A stretch of DNA of 34,923 nucleotides, taken from NCBI GenBank assembly GCA_039026435.1, contig JBCCMF010000005.1, positions 1 to 34,923 on the forward strand, in the 5' to 3' direction. Position 1 is the first letter of the stretch. Each line of letters begins with the position of its first letter. The notes beneath the pieces were generated by a model that was not told the DNA's origin, did no database searches, and saw only the letters and a list, made by a program, of their open reading frames with translations. This DNA comes from Bacteroidota bacterium. GTDB lineage: Bacteria > Bacteroidota > Rhodothermia > Rhodothermales > JBCCMF01. This document shows, in pieces, positions 25,245 through 33,665 of the stretch. Position numbers and translations under genes: made by a program.

Positions 25245-27740
25245 GTGCTCGTCATGGTGCTTTCCTCTGCGTATCCCGGCGCCGCAGGCGGCCTCGATCT
25301 CAGCATGGAGGGCGCGCTCCCGGCACCGTCGCCGATGGAGCAGGCGATGCAGGACGAGGTCTTGCAGGCGCTCATCGGCGAGGAGCAGATCGGCTTGCCG
25401 CACGCCGTCAGGGCCGTCAAGGCGCGCAACGCACACCCTGCCCGCGCTGAGCCGTGGCGCTTCCTCGTGGGGCAAGAGGGCGTGGACCTGGACGCCGTAG
25501 CGCAGACCGTGGCCACCGTAGCGGGCTACCCCGTGGTGGATCTGTCGAAGACGAACCCCGTCATGGTCCAAGCCATCTTCGCCCTCTTCCCGGACGAACT
25601 GGCGGACCGGCTGCGCGGCCTGGGGCTTGTGCCGCTGGGCTTAGACGAGGACGAGCACGGCCAGCGGTTGCGGCTTGTGTGCCCTGACCCGACCAACGAC
25701 GCCGTGCAAGCGCTGCTCGCCTCCATCGCGGTGCCGCTGAGCGTGGGCTTTGCGCCCGCCTCGGCGGTAGGCGTGCTCTTGGAGGCGGTGGAGACGCTCC
25801 GCCAAGCCCGTAGCGAGGCTCCGGCGCCCGTGGCGCCACCCCGCGAGAGCAGCGACGAAGCCACCGACCTGCCAGCTGCCGAAGCACCAGCCGCCGACCC
25901 GCCTCCCGTGCCCCAGGGCGATACGCCCGTCGTGTTCGTCCAGCCCGTGCGCGACCGCGTGGTGAAGGCGATGCTGCGCCACGAAACGGTGGCCCCAGCC
26001 CTGGTGAAGCAGGCGCAAGCGTGGCAGGCCGAGGAGGGCGTCAAAGAGCCGCTGTGGCGCACGCTGACGCGCCTGCCGGGGCCGCATCAGGAAGCGGTGT
26101 TTGCCCAGGCGGCCCAGACCTACGCCTTCCGCGCCGCCGACATCAACGGCGACAAGCCCGACCTGGAGTTTGTGCGCGGCGTCATGCAGGCCTTCGAGGA
26201 GGACTATCGCGAGGCGCTGCTGCAGCAAAACGTGGTCGTGTTTGACCTGCGCGTGGAGCCGGAGACGGGGGCTCACCGCACGGTGTTCATCACGCACGAT
26301 CCCACACGGCCCGAGATCCTACCCCTGCTGCGGCGCCTCAAGCTGGAACGCTACGAGCTGCAGTACGCCGCGCCCAGCGCTGTGCGCCAGGTCATCGACC
26401 GGGCGTTCCCGGCCGAAAACGAGTTCCTGGCCCGCATCGAAGACGACGCGCCCGCCCTGGACATGGGCACCGTGGGCCTCGACGACGAAGAGAGCAGCCT
26501 GATCGACCGCGAGGCGCTGGAGGCCGAGCTGAACCGCTCCAGCCTGATCAACCTGTTCGAAGGCGCGCTCGTGGAGGCCGTCCGCCGTGGCGCCTCCGAC
26601 ATCCACATCTACCCGAATGCCAGGAAAGAAATCGAAATCCACTTCCGCATCGACGGGCGGCTAAAGCTGTGGATGACCGAGCGCCGCATCCATCCCGAGG
26701 CGATGCTCGCCGTCATCAAGGACAACGCGATGAACGTGGACCGCTTCGAGCGCGAGATGGCGCAGGACGGCTTCATCCAACGCGATGTGGACGGCGCGCT
26801 GATCCGCTACCGCGTCTCGGTGTTGCCCATCGCCAACGCCCAGCAGGAGCTGCGGTCGGAGAGCGTCGTCATCCGCGTCATCGACGACCGCAAGGTGGTC
26901 ACCGACCTGAGCAAGCTGGGCCTGCTGCCTTCGGCGCTGGAGCGCTTCGACCGCGCCATCCGGCAGCCGCACGGCATGGTCATCCTCACCGGGCCTACGG
27001 GCTCGGGCAAGAGCACTACACTTGTGGCCGCGCTGCATCAGGTGGTCGATCCGGAGGTGAACGTGCTGACGGTAGAAGACCCCGTCGAGTACATCATCCC
27101 CGGCGTGCGACAGATCAAGCTGGGCACCAAGCTCAACCTGGAGGGGGCGCTGCGGGCCATCCTGCGCCACGACCCCGACATCGTCATGGTTGGCGAGATG
27201 CGCGACCGGGCGACGGCCGAGATGGGCATCAAGCTGGCCAACACGGGCCACCTCACCTTCTCCACGCTGCACACCAACGACGCGCCCAGCGCCGTGACGC
27301 GCCTCTACAAGATGGGCATCGAGCCGTTCTTGATCGCCTACGCCATCAACCTCGTGGTGGCGCAGCGCCTCATCCGCACGCTCTGCCCGGATTGTAAGCA
27401 GCACGACCCCAACCCCGACCCGTTGCTGCTGGAGCGCATGGGCTTCACGAAGGATGAGATCGCCACGACCACGTTCTACCGCCCGAGCACCGACAAGGCG
27501 TGCCCCACGTGCCGAGGCATCGGCTACAAGGGCCGCCGGGCCATCTGCGAGGCGCTCTACTTCTCGCGTGCCATCCGCCACACAATTGCGCAGGCACAGG
27601 GCAACCTCGACGAAGGCGTCGTGCGCGACCTCGCCGTCAAGGAAGGCATGCTGACGCTGCTCGACTCGGCGCGTGAATACGTGAAGATGGGGCTGACGGA
27701 TGTGGATGAGATGGTGCGCGTGACGGCGACGGAGGACTAG
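25245..27740 (+). CDS. pilB: PilB/GspE-family pilus assembly ATPase, enlarged to 831 aa, with two tandem N-terminal T2SS-E N-domains (MshEN-like) joined by a Pro/Ala-rich linker.
   Basis: Walker A GPTGSGKST. Asp box and His box present. Tetracysteine motif CPDCKQ...CPTCRGIGYKGR. Two GSPII_E_N-like regions at about aa 40-190 and 250-385. GTG start at 25245. Alternative in-frame ATG starts at 25254 and 25335 (MEQAMQDEVLQALIGE...). Confidence 0.85.
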   Translation: MLVMVLSSAYPGAAGGLDLSMEGALPAPSPMEQAMQDEVLQALIGEEQIGLPHAVRAVKARNAHPARAEPWRFLVGQEGVDLDAVAQTVATVAGYPVVDLSKTNPVMVQAIFALFPDELADRLRGLGLVPLGLDEDEHGQRLRLVCPDPTNDAVQALLASIAVPLSVGFAPASAVGVLLEAVETLRQARSEAPAPVAPPRESSDEATDLPAAEAPAADPPPVPQGDTPVVFVQPVRDRVVKAMLRHETVAPALVKQAQAWQAEEGVKEPLWRTLTRLPGPHQEAVFAQAAQTYAFRAADINGDKPDLEFVRGVMQAFEEDYREALLQQNVVVFDLRVEPETGAHRTVFITHDPTRPEILPLLRRLKLERYELQYAAPSAVRQVIDRAFPAENEFLARIEDDAPALDMGTVGLDDEESSLIDREALEAELNRSSLINLFEGALVEAVRRGASDIHIYPNARKEIEIHFRIDGRLKLWMTERRIHPEAMLAVIKDNAMNVDRFEREMAQDGFIQRDVDGALIRYRVSVLPIANAQQELRSESVVIRVIDDRKVVTDLSKLGLLPSALERFDRAIRQPHGMVILTGPTGSGKSTTLVAALHQVVDPEVNVLTVEDPVEYIIPGVRQIKLGTKLNLEGALRAILRHDPDIVMVGEMRDRATAEMGIKLANTGHLTFSTLHTNDAPSAVTRLYKMGIEPFLIAYAINLVVAQRLIRTLCPDCKQHDPNPDPLLLERMGFTKDEIATTTFYRPSTDKACPTCRGIGYKGRRAICEALYFSRAIRHTIAQAQGNLDEGVVRDLAVKEGMLTLLDSAREYVKMGLTDVDEMVRVTATED

Positions 27741-27840
27741 CGCGCGTCTGAAGCGGCCCGTTGGGCTTAAAGCCTGGCCGCATTGGCCGATACGGAGGGC
27801 AAAGCCAGCCAGAACACCGTATCGCCAACACCAGACCGAC

Positions 27841-29292
27841 GTGAGCTACTCGTTCGAGAACTTGTTTTCGCCTTCGGGGCCGTCACAGCCCGAGCCGCAG
27901 CGCAACACACAGGATGTGCCGTCGCGGCCCGTGTGGGAGGGCGCCAAGGCGGCACCCGCCACGAAGACGGCTGCCGTCACCCCGCCTCCGGCATGGGGGC
28001 AGCCCAACACGGCCCCTAAAAAGCCCAAGGCCAAAGCGGCACGCGCGCACCCAACGCTCGGAAGCGGCACCGTACCGCCTGTGCCCAAGGTGGCCAAGGC
28101 GATCCTCGGCCGCCTGCCCGATGCCGCCGCAGGCCTGACGCGGCTGCGCTTCATCGCTGAGCAGGTGGAACGCCTGCGCGACGAAGACCGCCACCAGATC
28201 CAGGTCGTGGTGGGCGCCTGGGCTCGCCGGATGGTAGAGCTGGGCGCCTCAGACATCGCCGCAGGAGGCTCCGGTGCCAGCGGCATGGTGTGGTACCGTG
28301 TGGATGGCAAAAACACGCCGCGTGAAGAGATGGGGCGCTACTCCGACTACGAGGCCGATCTGCTGCTGCTGTCCCAGCTGGGGCCGGAGCAGGTAGAGTG
28401 CCTCTTCGACGAATACTCCATCGACTTTTCCTACCGCGTCGAGCTCGTGGGCAAGGACGGCAGGCCGCGTCGCTTTCGTGCCACCATCTACTTCGACTAC
28501 GACCACCTGGCCCTCAACATGCGCGCCATCACCGACGAGGTGCGGCCGCTTGACTCGTTGGGCTTCCATCCGCTCGTCAAACGCCGGCTCATGTTCAGCC
28601 ACGAACGCGACGGCCTGACGCTGGTCACAGGCGTGACGGGCTCCGGCAAGAGCTCAACGCTCGACGCCATCATCGACGCCAACAACAAAGACTTCTACGG
28701 CAACATTGTCATTATTGGCAAGCCCGTGGAATTCGTGCACAACACCAAGCGCAGCATCGTGCGCCACCGCGAGGTGGGCAAGGATGTGCGCAGCTTTAAG
28801 GAGGGTATCGTGCAGGCGCTCCGCCAAGACCCCGACATCGTGGTCATCGGTGAGATGCGCGACCCCGAGACGATCTCATCCGCCCTAGAGATCACCGACT
28901 CGGGCCACAAGGTGTTCTCCACGCTTCACACCTCCTCGGCCGTGGAGAGCATCGACCGCATCATGGGTGAGTACCCGCCCGAGGAGCAAGACCGCGTGCG
29001 CAACCGCCTGGCGGACACCCTGCGCTGTGTGATCTCGCAGAAGCTGCCGCCCAAAATTGATGGCGGGCGCATCCTGTGCAAGGAAATCCTCTGGATGACG
29101 TCCTCGGCACGCGCCGCCATCAAAAACGGCAACTCGGGCGAGATCTACCAGATGATGTGGGAGGGCTCTAACGAGGGCATGGTCACGCTTGAGCAAGACC
29201 TGGCCCGGCTCGTCCGCGAGCGCCTCATCACACCCGAAGTGGCGTACGATTACGCCAACAACAAACGCCGCCTGCGCCGCATCCTCGGATAG
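27841..29292 (+). CDS. pilT: PilT-family pilus retraction ATPase with an N-terminal low-complexity extension of about 110 aa.
   Basis: Walker A VTGVTGSGKSST. Motifs ALRQDPDIVVIGEMRD and GHKVFSTLHTSSA. C-terminal AAIKNGNSGEIYQMM (PilT AIRNLIRE-like). The ORF opens at GTG 27841. An in-frame GTG at 28165 (VERLRDEDRHQIQVVVGAW...) would give a canonical protein of about 376 aa. The extension has GC3 of roughly 81%, which suggests it is translated. Confidence 0.85.
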   Translation: MSYSFENLFSPSGPSQPEPQRNTQDVPSRPVWEGAKAAPATKTAAVTPPPAWGQPNTAPKKPKAKAARAHPTLGSGTVPPVPKVAKAILGRLPDAAAGLTRLRFIAEQVERLRDEDRHQIQVVVGAWARRMVELGASDIAAGGSGASGMVWYRVDGKNTPREEMGRYSDYEADLLLLSQLGPEQVECLFDEYSIDFSYRVELVGKDGRPRRFRATIYFDYDHLALNMRAITDEVRPLDSLGFHPLVKRRLMFSHERDGLTLVTGVTGSGKSSTLDAIIDANNKDFYGNIVIIGKPVEFVHNTKRSIVRHREVGKDVRSFKEGIVQALRQDPDIVVIGEMRDPETISSALEITDSGHKVFSTLHTSSAVESIDRIMGEYPPEEQDRVRNRLADTLRCVISQKLPPKIDGGRILCKEILWMTSSARAAIKNGNSGEIYQMMWEGSNEGMVTLEQDLARLVRERLITPEVAYDYANNKRRLRRILG

Positions 29293-29324
29293 GCTCGGGC
29301 ATCCCCACATAGATCCCCACGATC

Positions 29325-31139
29325 ATGAAACGCAAGCGCATCAACGAAAACGTGCTCGGAGTGATGGCCGACGACCGGACGGTCCACGCCATCCTCGTGC
29401 AGCAAGGGCCAAACGGCCCCGAGATCAAGCGCCGCTTCTCGCGGGCGCGCGCCAGCCAGTATGCCGACGCCGTCGTGCCGGACCTGGGCTTTGATCCGGC
29501 CATGGAACAGGCCTCGTTCGGAGGCGACGACTTCAACATCCAGTTTGGCGATGCAGGCGCACAGACCAACTTCCTCAAGGGCGAGTTTGGCGACTTGGCC
29601 GCTAAGGCCGACACGTCGAAGAAAGCCCCCGAGGCCGTCATCGAGCCGTTTGCGCTGGAGTTGGGTGATATTCTGGCAGAGTGCGCCGACACGGGCTTCG
29701 CCAAGCCTCGCGTGGCCGTGTGCCTGCACGATGGAGACACGGCGTACCACGAGCTGATCTACAGTGAGCGCGAGGATGCCAAGCCCAAGAAGGGCAAGAA
29801 GAAAAGCGCGAGTACCTCTGCCGATGGCCGCCCGAATACGCTGCAGCTGATCGCGCTGATGCAGGCGCTGCACAACGTGAAGGTGGGCGAGGCCGAAGCC
29901 GCGTTCTTGCCTATGGGTGTGACGCCGAGCGGCGCCTACCAGTACCTGGGGCTGGCTCCCGCCACCACCGATCCGGCCACGGCCACGCTCAAGCAGATGT
30001 ACAAGCAGAAGGGCAAGTACGTGCCCGATGCCCGCTTGGTGGATGCCGAGGTGCCGCTGTACCTGGGGCTGGCTCGCATGACGTTTGGCCTCAACGCCGA
30101 GCCCGCGCAGCAGAAGCACACGCTCATCGTCCGCACCAGTGCCAACAACACGCTTGTGCTCTTCATGCAGGGCGACACGCTGATCGAGTCCGAGAGCCTG
30201 CAGTCGCTTACCTCGTACGACGCGCCCGAGACGATCTGTAGCCGCGTGCTGCTGCAGCAGGACGAGCTGGGCCTGACGGACATTGACCACGTGCTGTTGC
30301 TCAACCGCGAGCGCGAGGACGACATGGCGGAGAGCTTCTCGATGTTCTTCCCCGCAGCCCGCGTGGTGCTCATGCGCCAGGCGCTGCCGCTGAAGAACGC
30401 CGCCGCCGCCGACTCGCCCGGGCTGGTGCAGGCCGCCCTCGCCGCGCTCCGCCTTGTTGGGGGGGAAGCCGTGATGGAGAGCTTCGACGGGCACAACATG
30501 CTGCCCAAGAGCCTCCGCAAAATCCGCATTGAGCTGCCCTTCTCGTGGCACACGCTGGTGCTCTCGCTGATGATCTTCTGCACCGTGTTCTTCTTCACGT
30601 GGCGCTACGTCACGATGGATCAACGGATCACGAACAAGAAAGCCCTCATCACGCTGCAAGACCCCACGACGAACCTGGATGTAGATGAGCAGGTGCTGCA
30701 AGCGCGCATCGACAGCCTGCAGAGCACGTACGTGCGCTACGTGCAGGCGCTCAACGTCATCGACTCGCTGCTGGTGGGCAGCGACCGCTGGAGCCGCACG
30801 CTGGAGACCATCACGCGCGAGACCGCTGCCACGCCCGGCATCTGGGTCGATTCCATGTCGCCGCTAGGCAACAACGTGGTCGTCGTAGGCAATGCGCGAG
30901 GGCGCGACAACGTGGTCGCCTTCGCCGAGCGCACCGAGGCGGTCATCGAGACGCTGACCTTTGAAGAGATCCGCGACTGGCCCGTGTACAATTTCCGCAT
31001 GCGCGTCCCCTCGCCCGAGGTGCTGCCCGAGGCGGCCGTCTTCCTCCGCGAGCAGGTGGAGCAAGCCGAGGTGGCGGCCACGAGTGCATCCGCATCTGCT
31101 GAACCCGTTGCTGCGCTGAACGCGGGCGCGACGCCCTAA
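29325..31139 (+). CDS. Predicted PilM-PilN fusion protein (604 aa): a divergent actin-like PilM-type cytoplasmic domain, a single TM helix, and a PilN-like coiled-coil/periplasmic domain.
   Basis: N-terminus NVLGVMADDRTVHAILVQQG has PilM-like initial beta strands. A second actin-like block is HTLIVRTSANNTLVLFMQGDTLIE. The TM segment WHTLVLSLMIFCTVFFFTWRYV is followed by a coiled-coil (DEQVLQARIDSLQSTYVRYVQALN) and a PilN-like beta domain. The gene lies between pilT and a pilO-like gene. Confidence 0.55.
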   Translation: MKRKRINENVLGVMADDRTVHAILVQQGPNGPEIKRRFSRARASQYADAVVPDLGFDPAMEQASFGGDDFNIQFGDAGAQTNFLKGEFGDLAAKADTSKKAPEAVIEPFALELGDILAECADTGFAKPRVAVCLHDGDTAYHELIYSEREDAKPKKGKKKSASTSADGRPNTLQLIALMQALHNVKVGEAEAAFLPMGVTPSGAYQYLGLAPATTDPATATLKQMYKQKGKYVPDARLVDAEVPLYLGLARMTFGLNAEPAQQKHTLIVRTSANNTLVLFMQGDTLIESESLQSLTSYDAPETICSRVLLQQDELGLTDIDHVLLLNREREDDMAESFSMFFPAARVVLMRQALPLKNAAAADSPGLVQAALAALRLVGGEAVMESFDGHNMLPKSLRKIRIELPFSWHTLVLSLMIFCTVFFFTWRYVTMDQRITNKKALITLQDPTTNLDVDEQVLQARIDSLQSTYVRYVQALNVIDSLLVGSDRWSRTLETITRETAATPGIWVDSMSPLGNNVVVVGNARGRDNVVAFAERTEAVIETLTFEEIRDWPVYNFRMRVPSPEVLPEAAVFLREQVEQAEVAATSASASAEPVAALNAGATP

Positions 31140-31181
31140 CCGACCCCACGCGACTATCCCACACCGTTATCTCCCGAACCC

Positions 31182-32165
31182 ATGTCTGGCATCCTTCAAA
31201 ATATTCTGGTCTTGACCTTCTGCTGGCTCGCCGCCACTGGCGCTGGCGTGTACCTGACCTTCTTCAACCAGCCCAAGGAAATCGAGCGGCTGGAGAAGAT
31301 TGAGCAGGTCAACGAGATGAAGCAGGCCGAGTTTAGAAACTTGGTCTCTGAAGAGGCCGTCTCGTCGCAGCGTGCCAACGAGGTGACGCGCCGCTGGAAC
31401 GCCCGCTACAAGCTGGTGCCGCCCACACTCAGCAGCGCCGCCGTCGTCGGTATCCTCAACGCATTGACCCGGGAAGGCTTCGACGAGTTCAACATCGTTT
31501 ACGATGGCCAAAAGTCCGACCCGACCATCAGCAGCCATAGGTTCAGTGTCAGCGGGCAGGGCTACTACACGCACCTGTACCAAGTGATTTGGAACCTGGA
31601 GAACGGCCGCGAACTGTACCGCGTGCAGCGCCTCGACCTGACCAACCTCAACCTGGTGAAGGTGAACCGCCAGACGCAACGGGAAGAGCTGAAGGTGATG
31701 GTGGAGTTCACGTTCGAGGTGGTTGCGTACTTTGCTGGTACGGAAGGCCTCAGCGCTGACGATGCTGGGCCGGGCGTGCTCGAAAACGACATCCAGGTTG
31801 CGGCCTTACCGGAGTTGCCCGAAGGCGTGCTCCCCGCCAAGCAGCCCAACGTAAATCCCTTCTACCCCGGTATTCTCGAAACGCTGCCGCCCAACAGCAA
31901 GGGCCTGATCGATGTGGAAGACGCCTCGCTTATCTCCGTCACAGGCGAGCGTGCCTACTTTGACGTGGGCGGCGAGTTTAAGAGCGTAGCCCTGGGCGGC
32001 AACGTATACCTGGGCACCGTTACCGCCGTCGATCCGCACAACGGCCGCGTCAGGGTGCGCCTCAACAAAGGCGGCATCATCGACCACGTCGAAGTCCGAA
32101 TCGAGGAAGGCGAAGCCCAGCGCCCCAGGGGCGGCAGCTACACCACGCAAGGCGTCGGCTGGTAG
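31182..32165 (+). CDS. Predicted PilO-PilP fusion (327 aa): TM helix, coiled-coil and PilO-like domain, then a PilP-like beta domain after a flexible linker.
   Basis: TM segment ILQNILVLTFCWLAATGAGVYLTFF. Coiled-coil EIERLEKIEQVNEMKQAEFRNL. PilO-like core (SGQGYYTHLYQVIWNLENG...LDLTNLN). Downstream, NPFYPG...LIDVEDASLISVTGERAYFDVGGEFKSVALGGNVYLGTVTAVDPHNGRVRVRL resembles the PilP/GspC homology region (DPF-P motif plus beta sandwich). Confidence 0.55.
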   Translation: MSGILQNILVLTFCWLAATGAGVYLTFFNQPKEIERLEKIEQVNEMKQAEFRNLVSEEAVSSQRANEVTRRWNARYKLVPPTLSSAAVVGILNALTREGFDEFNIVYDGQKSDPTISSHRFSVSGQGYYTHLYQVIWNLENGRELYRVQRLDLTNLNLVKVNRQTQREELKVMVEFTFEVVAYFAGTEGLSADDAGPGVLENDIQVAALPELPEGVLPAKQPNVNPFYPGILETLPPNSKGLIDVEDASLISVTGERAYFDVGGEFKSVALGGNVYLGTVTAVDPHNGRVRVRLNKGGIIDHVEVRIEEGEAQRPRGGSYTTQGVGW

Positions 32166-32195
32166 ATACGCTCACCAACGCGCCCACGGGTAGCG

Positions 32196-33611
32196 TCAGC
32201 GCAGCAACGCCGCCGACAGCAGGAAGAAGATCGCCAGCCCGAGCAGGTCATTGCTCGTCGTGATGAACGGTCCCGTGGCCAGCGCCGGGTCGATGTTGAC
32301 GCGGTCGAGCAGGAGCGGGATGGTGGCGCCCAGCGTGGTCGCCAGGATGATGACCAAGGTCAGCGCCAGGCCCACGACGGCGGCGAGCCGTGCTACGCTG
32401 GTGGTCTCCGCCAGGAACTGTGCGCCGAGCATGCCGAGGCCTACCACGATGAGCGCCAGCACGAGCGAGAGCAGCAGCCCCGTGCAGATCGACACGAGCA
32501 GTTCTTTGCCGAGCCGCTTGAAGACGTCGCTGGTCCACAAGTCGCCCGAGGCGATGCCTTGCACGGCGATCGATGAGCTTTGGATGCCCGCGTTGCCCGC
32601 CATCGCCATGACGACGGGGATGAAGAACGCGAGCGCGATGTTGCTCGACAGCTGGTCCTCGAAACCCATGATGACGCCGCCGCAGAGGAGCGCCCCCGCC
32701 AGGCCGATGTAGAGCCACACGATGCGGCTGCGGACGATCTCCCAGATGGAGTCGTTCGGCTGCTCGTCCGCCGTGCCGCTCATGCGCTGCATGTCCTCCT
32801 CGGCCTCCTCGCGGATCACGTCTACCACGTCATCGATGGTGATGCGGCCGAGGATCTGGCCGCCCTGATCAACGACCGGGATCGCCAGCAGGTCGTACCG
32901 CTCGAACAAGCGCGCCACCTCTTCCTGGTCTTCCCCCGCGCCCACCGACACGAATTCGGCGTCCATGATGTCTTGCAGCAGCACGCCCGACGGCGTCAGC
33001 AGCAGCCGCTTGAGCGTCACGATGCCGATGAGCGCCGCGTGGTCATCCACGACGTAAATCACGTAGACCGGATCGACTTCCTCCGCCTTGCGACGCACTT
33101 CCTCGGTGGCCTGATCGACGGTGTGGTTCCACGGCACGGCCACGTACTCGCGCGCCATGAGCCCGCCCGCCGTGTCCTCGGCGTATCCCAGCAGATTGCC
33201 CACGTCCTCGGCGTCCTCCAGCGTAGGCAGCACGCGCTGCGCCACCTCGGCAGGCAGGTCGGCCAGCACGTCGGCTACGTCGTCCGAGTCCATCTCGTCG
33301 AACAGCTCGGTGAGGCGGGCTGTGGTGGCTTCTTCGAGCAGCTCGGCGCGGAAGTCGTCGTCTAGCTCGGGCAGCACCTCGCTGGCTTGCTCGGTGGGCA
33401 GCCAGTGGAACAGCGTATCGGCGGTCTCGGCAGGAAGGTGCGAGAGGACCTGCTCCAGGTCGGCCGGGTAGAGGTCGGCCACGAGGTTGAGCACCATGCC
33501 CTCCTGCCGCGCCTCCACGAGCGCGCCGATGTTCTCCACGAGCTCGACGTCTACATCGGGCATAGCCACGGCGCGTGCGTCGTCGTCGGGCAGCAGATCG
33601 GTCATGGGCAC
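32196..33611 (-). CDS. mgtE: Magnesium transporter MgtE.
   Basis: N-terminal MgtE_N domain (acidic). Tandem CBS domains. C-terminal 5-TM MgtE core (GNAGIQSSSIAVQGIASGD...). GTG start at 33611. An ATG lies two codons downstream. Confidence 0.9.
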   Translation of the reverse strand: MPMTDLLPDDDARAVAMPDVDVELVENIGALVEARQEGMVLNLVADLYPADLEQVLSHLPAETADTLFHWLPTEQASEVLPELDDDFRAELLEEATTARLTELFDEMDSDDVADVLADLPAEVAQRVLPTLEDAEDVGNLLGYAEDTAGGLMAREYVAVPWNHTVDQATEEVRRKAEEVDPVYVIYVVDDHAALIGIVTLKRLLLTPSGVLLQDIMDAEFVSVGAGEDQEEVARLFERYDLLAIPVVDQGGQILGRITIDDVVDVIREEAEEDMQRMSGTADEQPNDSIWEIVRSRIVWLYIGLAGALLCGGVIMGFEDQLSSNIALAFFIPVVMAMAGNAGIQSSSIAVQGIASGDLWTSDVFKRLGKELLVSICTGLLLSLVLALIVVGLGMLGAQFLAETTSVARLAAVVGLALTLVIILATTLGATIPLLLDRVNIDPALATGPFITTSNDLLGLAIFFLLSAALLR

Positions 33612-33665
33612 CAGCGAGCGAGGAGAAGGGGAGGGCGCACCGGGCCGAAGATCAGCCGCCGTGCG

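Noticed and set aside
26661-27581. 306-aa minus-strand ORF inside pilB, plus overlapping plus-strand 242-aa and minus-strand 218-aa ORFs.
   Set aside because: The PilB frame contains the Walker A, Asp/His boxes and tetracysteine motif. These ORFs are Arg/Gly/Ala/His-rich alternative frames.
29250-30701. 483-aa minus-strand ORF opposite the pilM-pilN fusion, and a 220-aa minus-strand ORF at 29936-30598.
   Set aside because: The composition (Arg/Gly/His/Leu/Val-rich, 'GGGG', 'RRRRR') is characteristic of antisense. The plus-strand frame has a coherent domain, TM and coiled-coil organisation and sits within an operon.
32248-33365. Plus-strand and off-frame ORFs overlapping mgtE (153, 156 and 261 aa).
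   Set aside because: mgtE is unambiguous (CBS pair plus MgtE TM core). These are GC-driven spurious frames.
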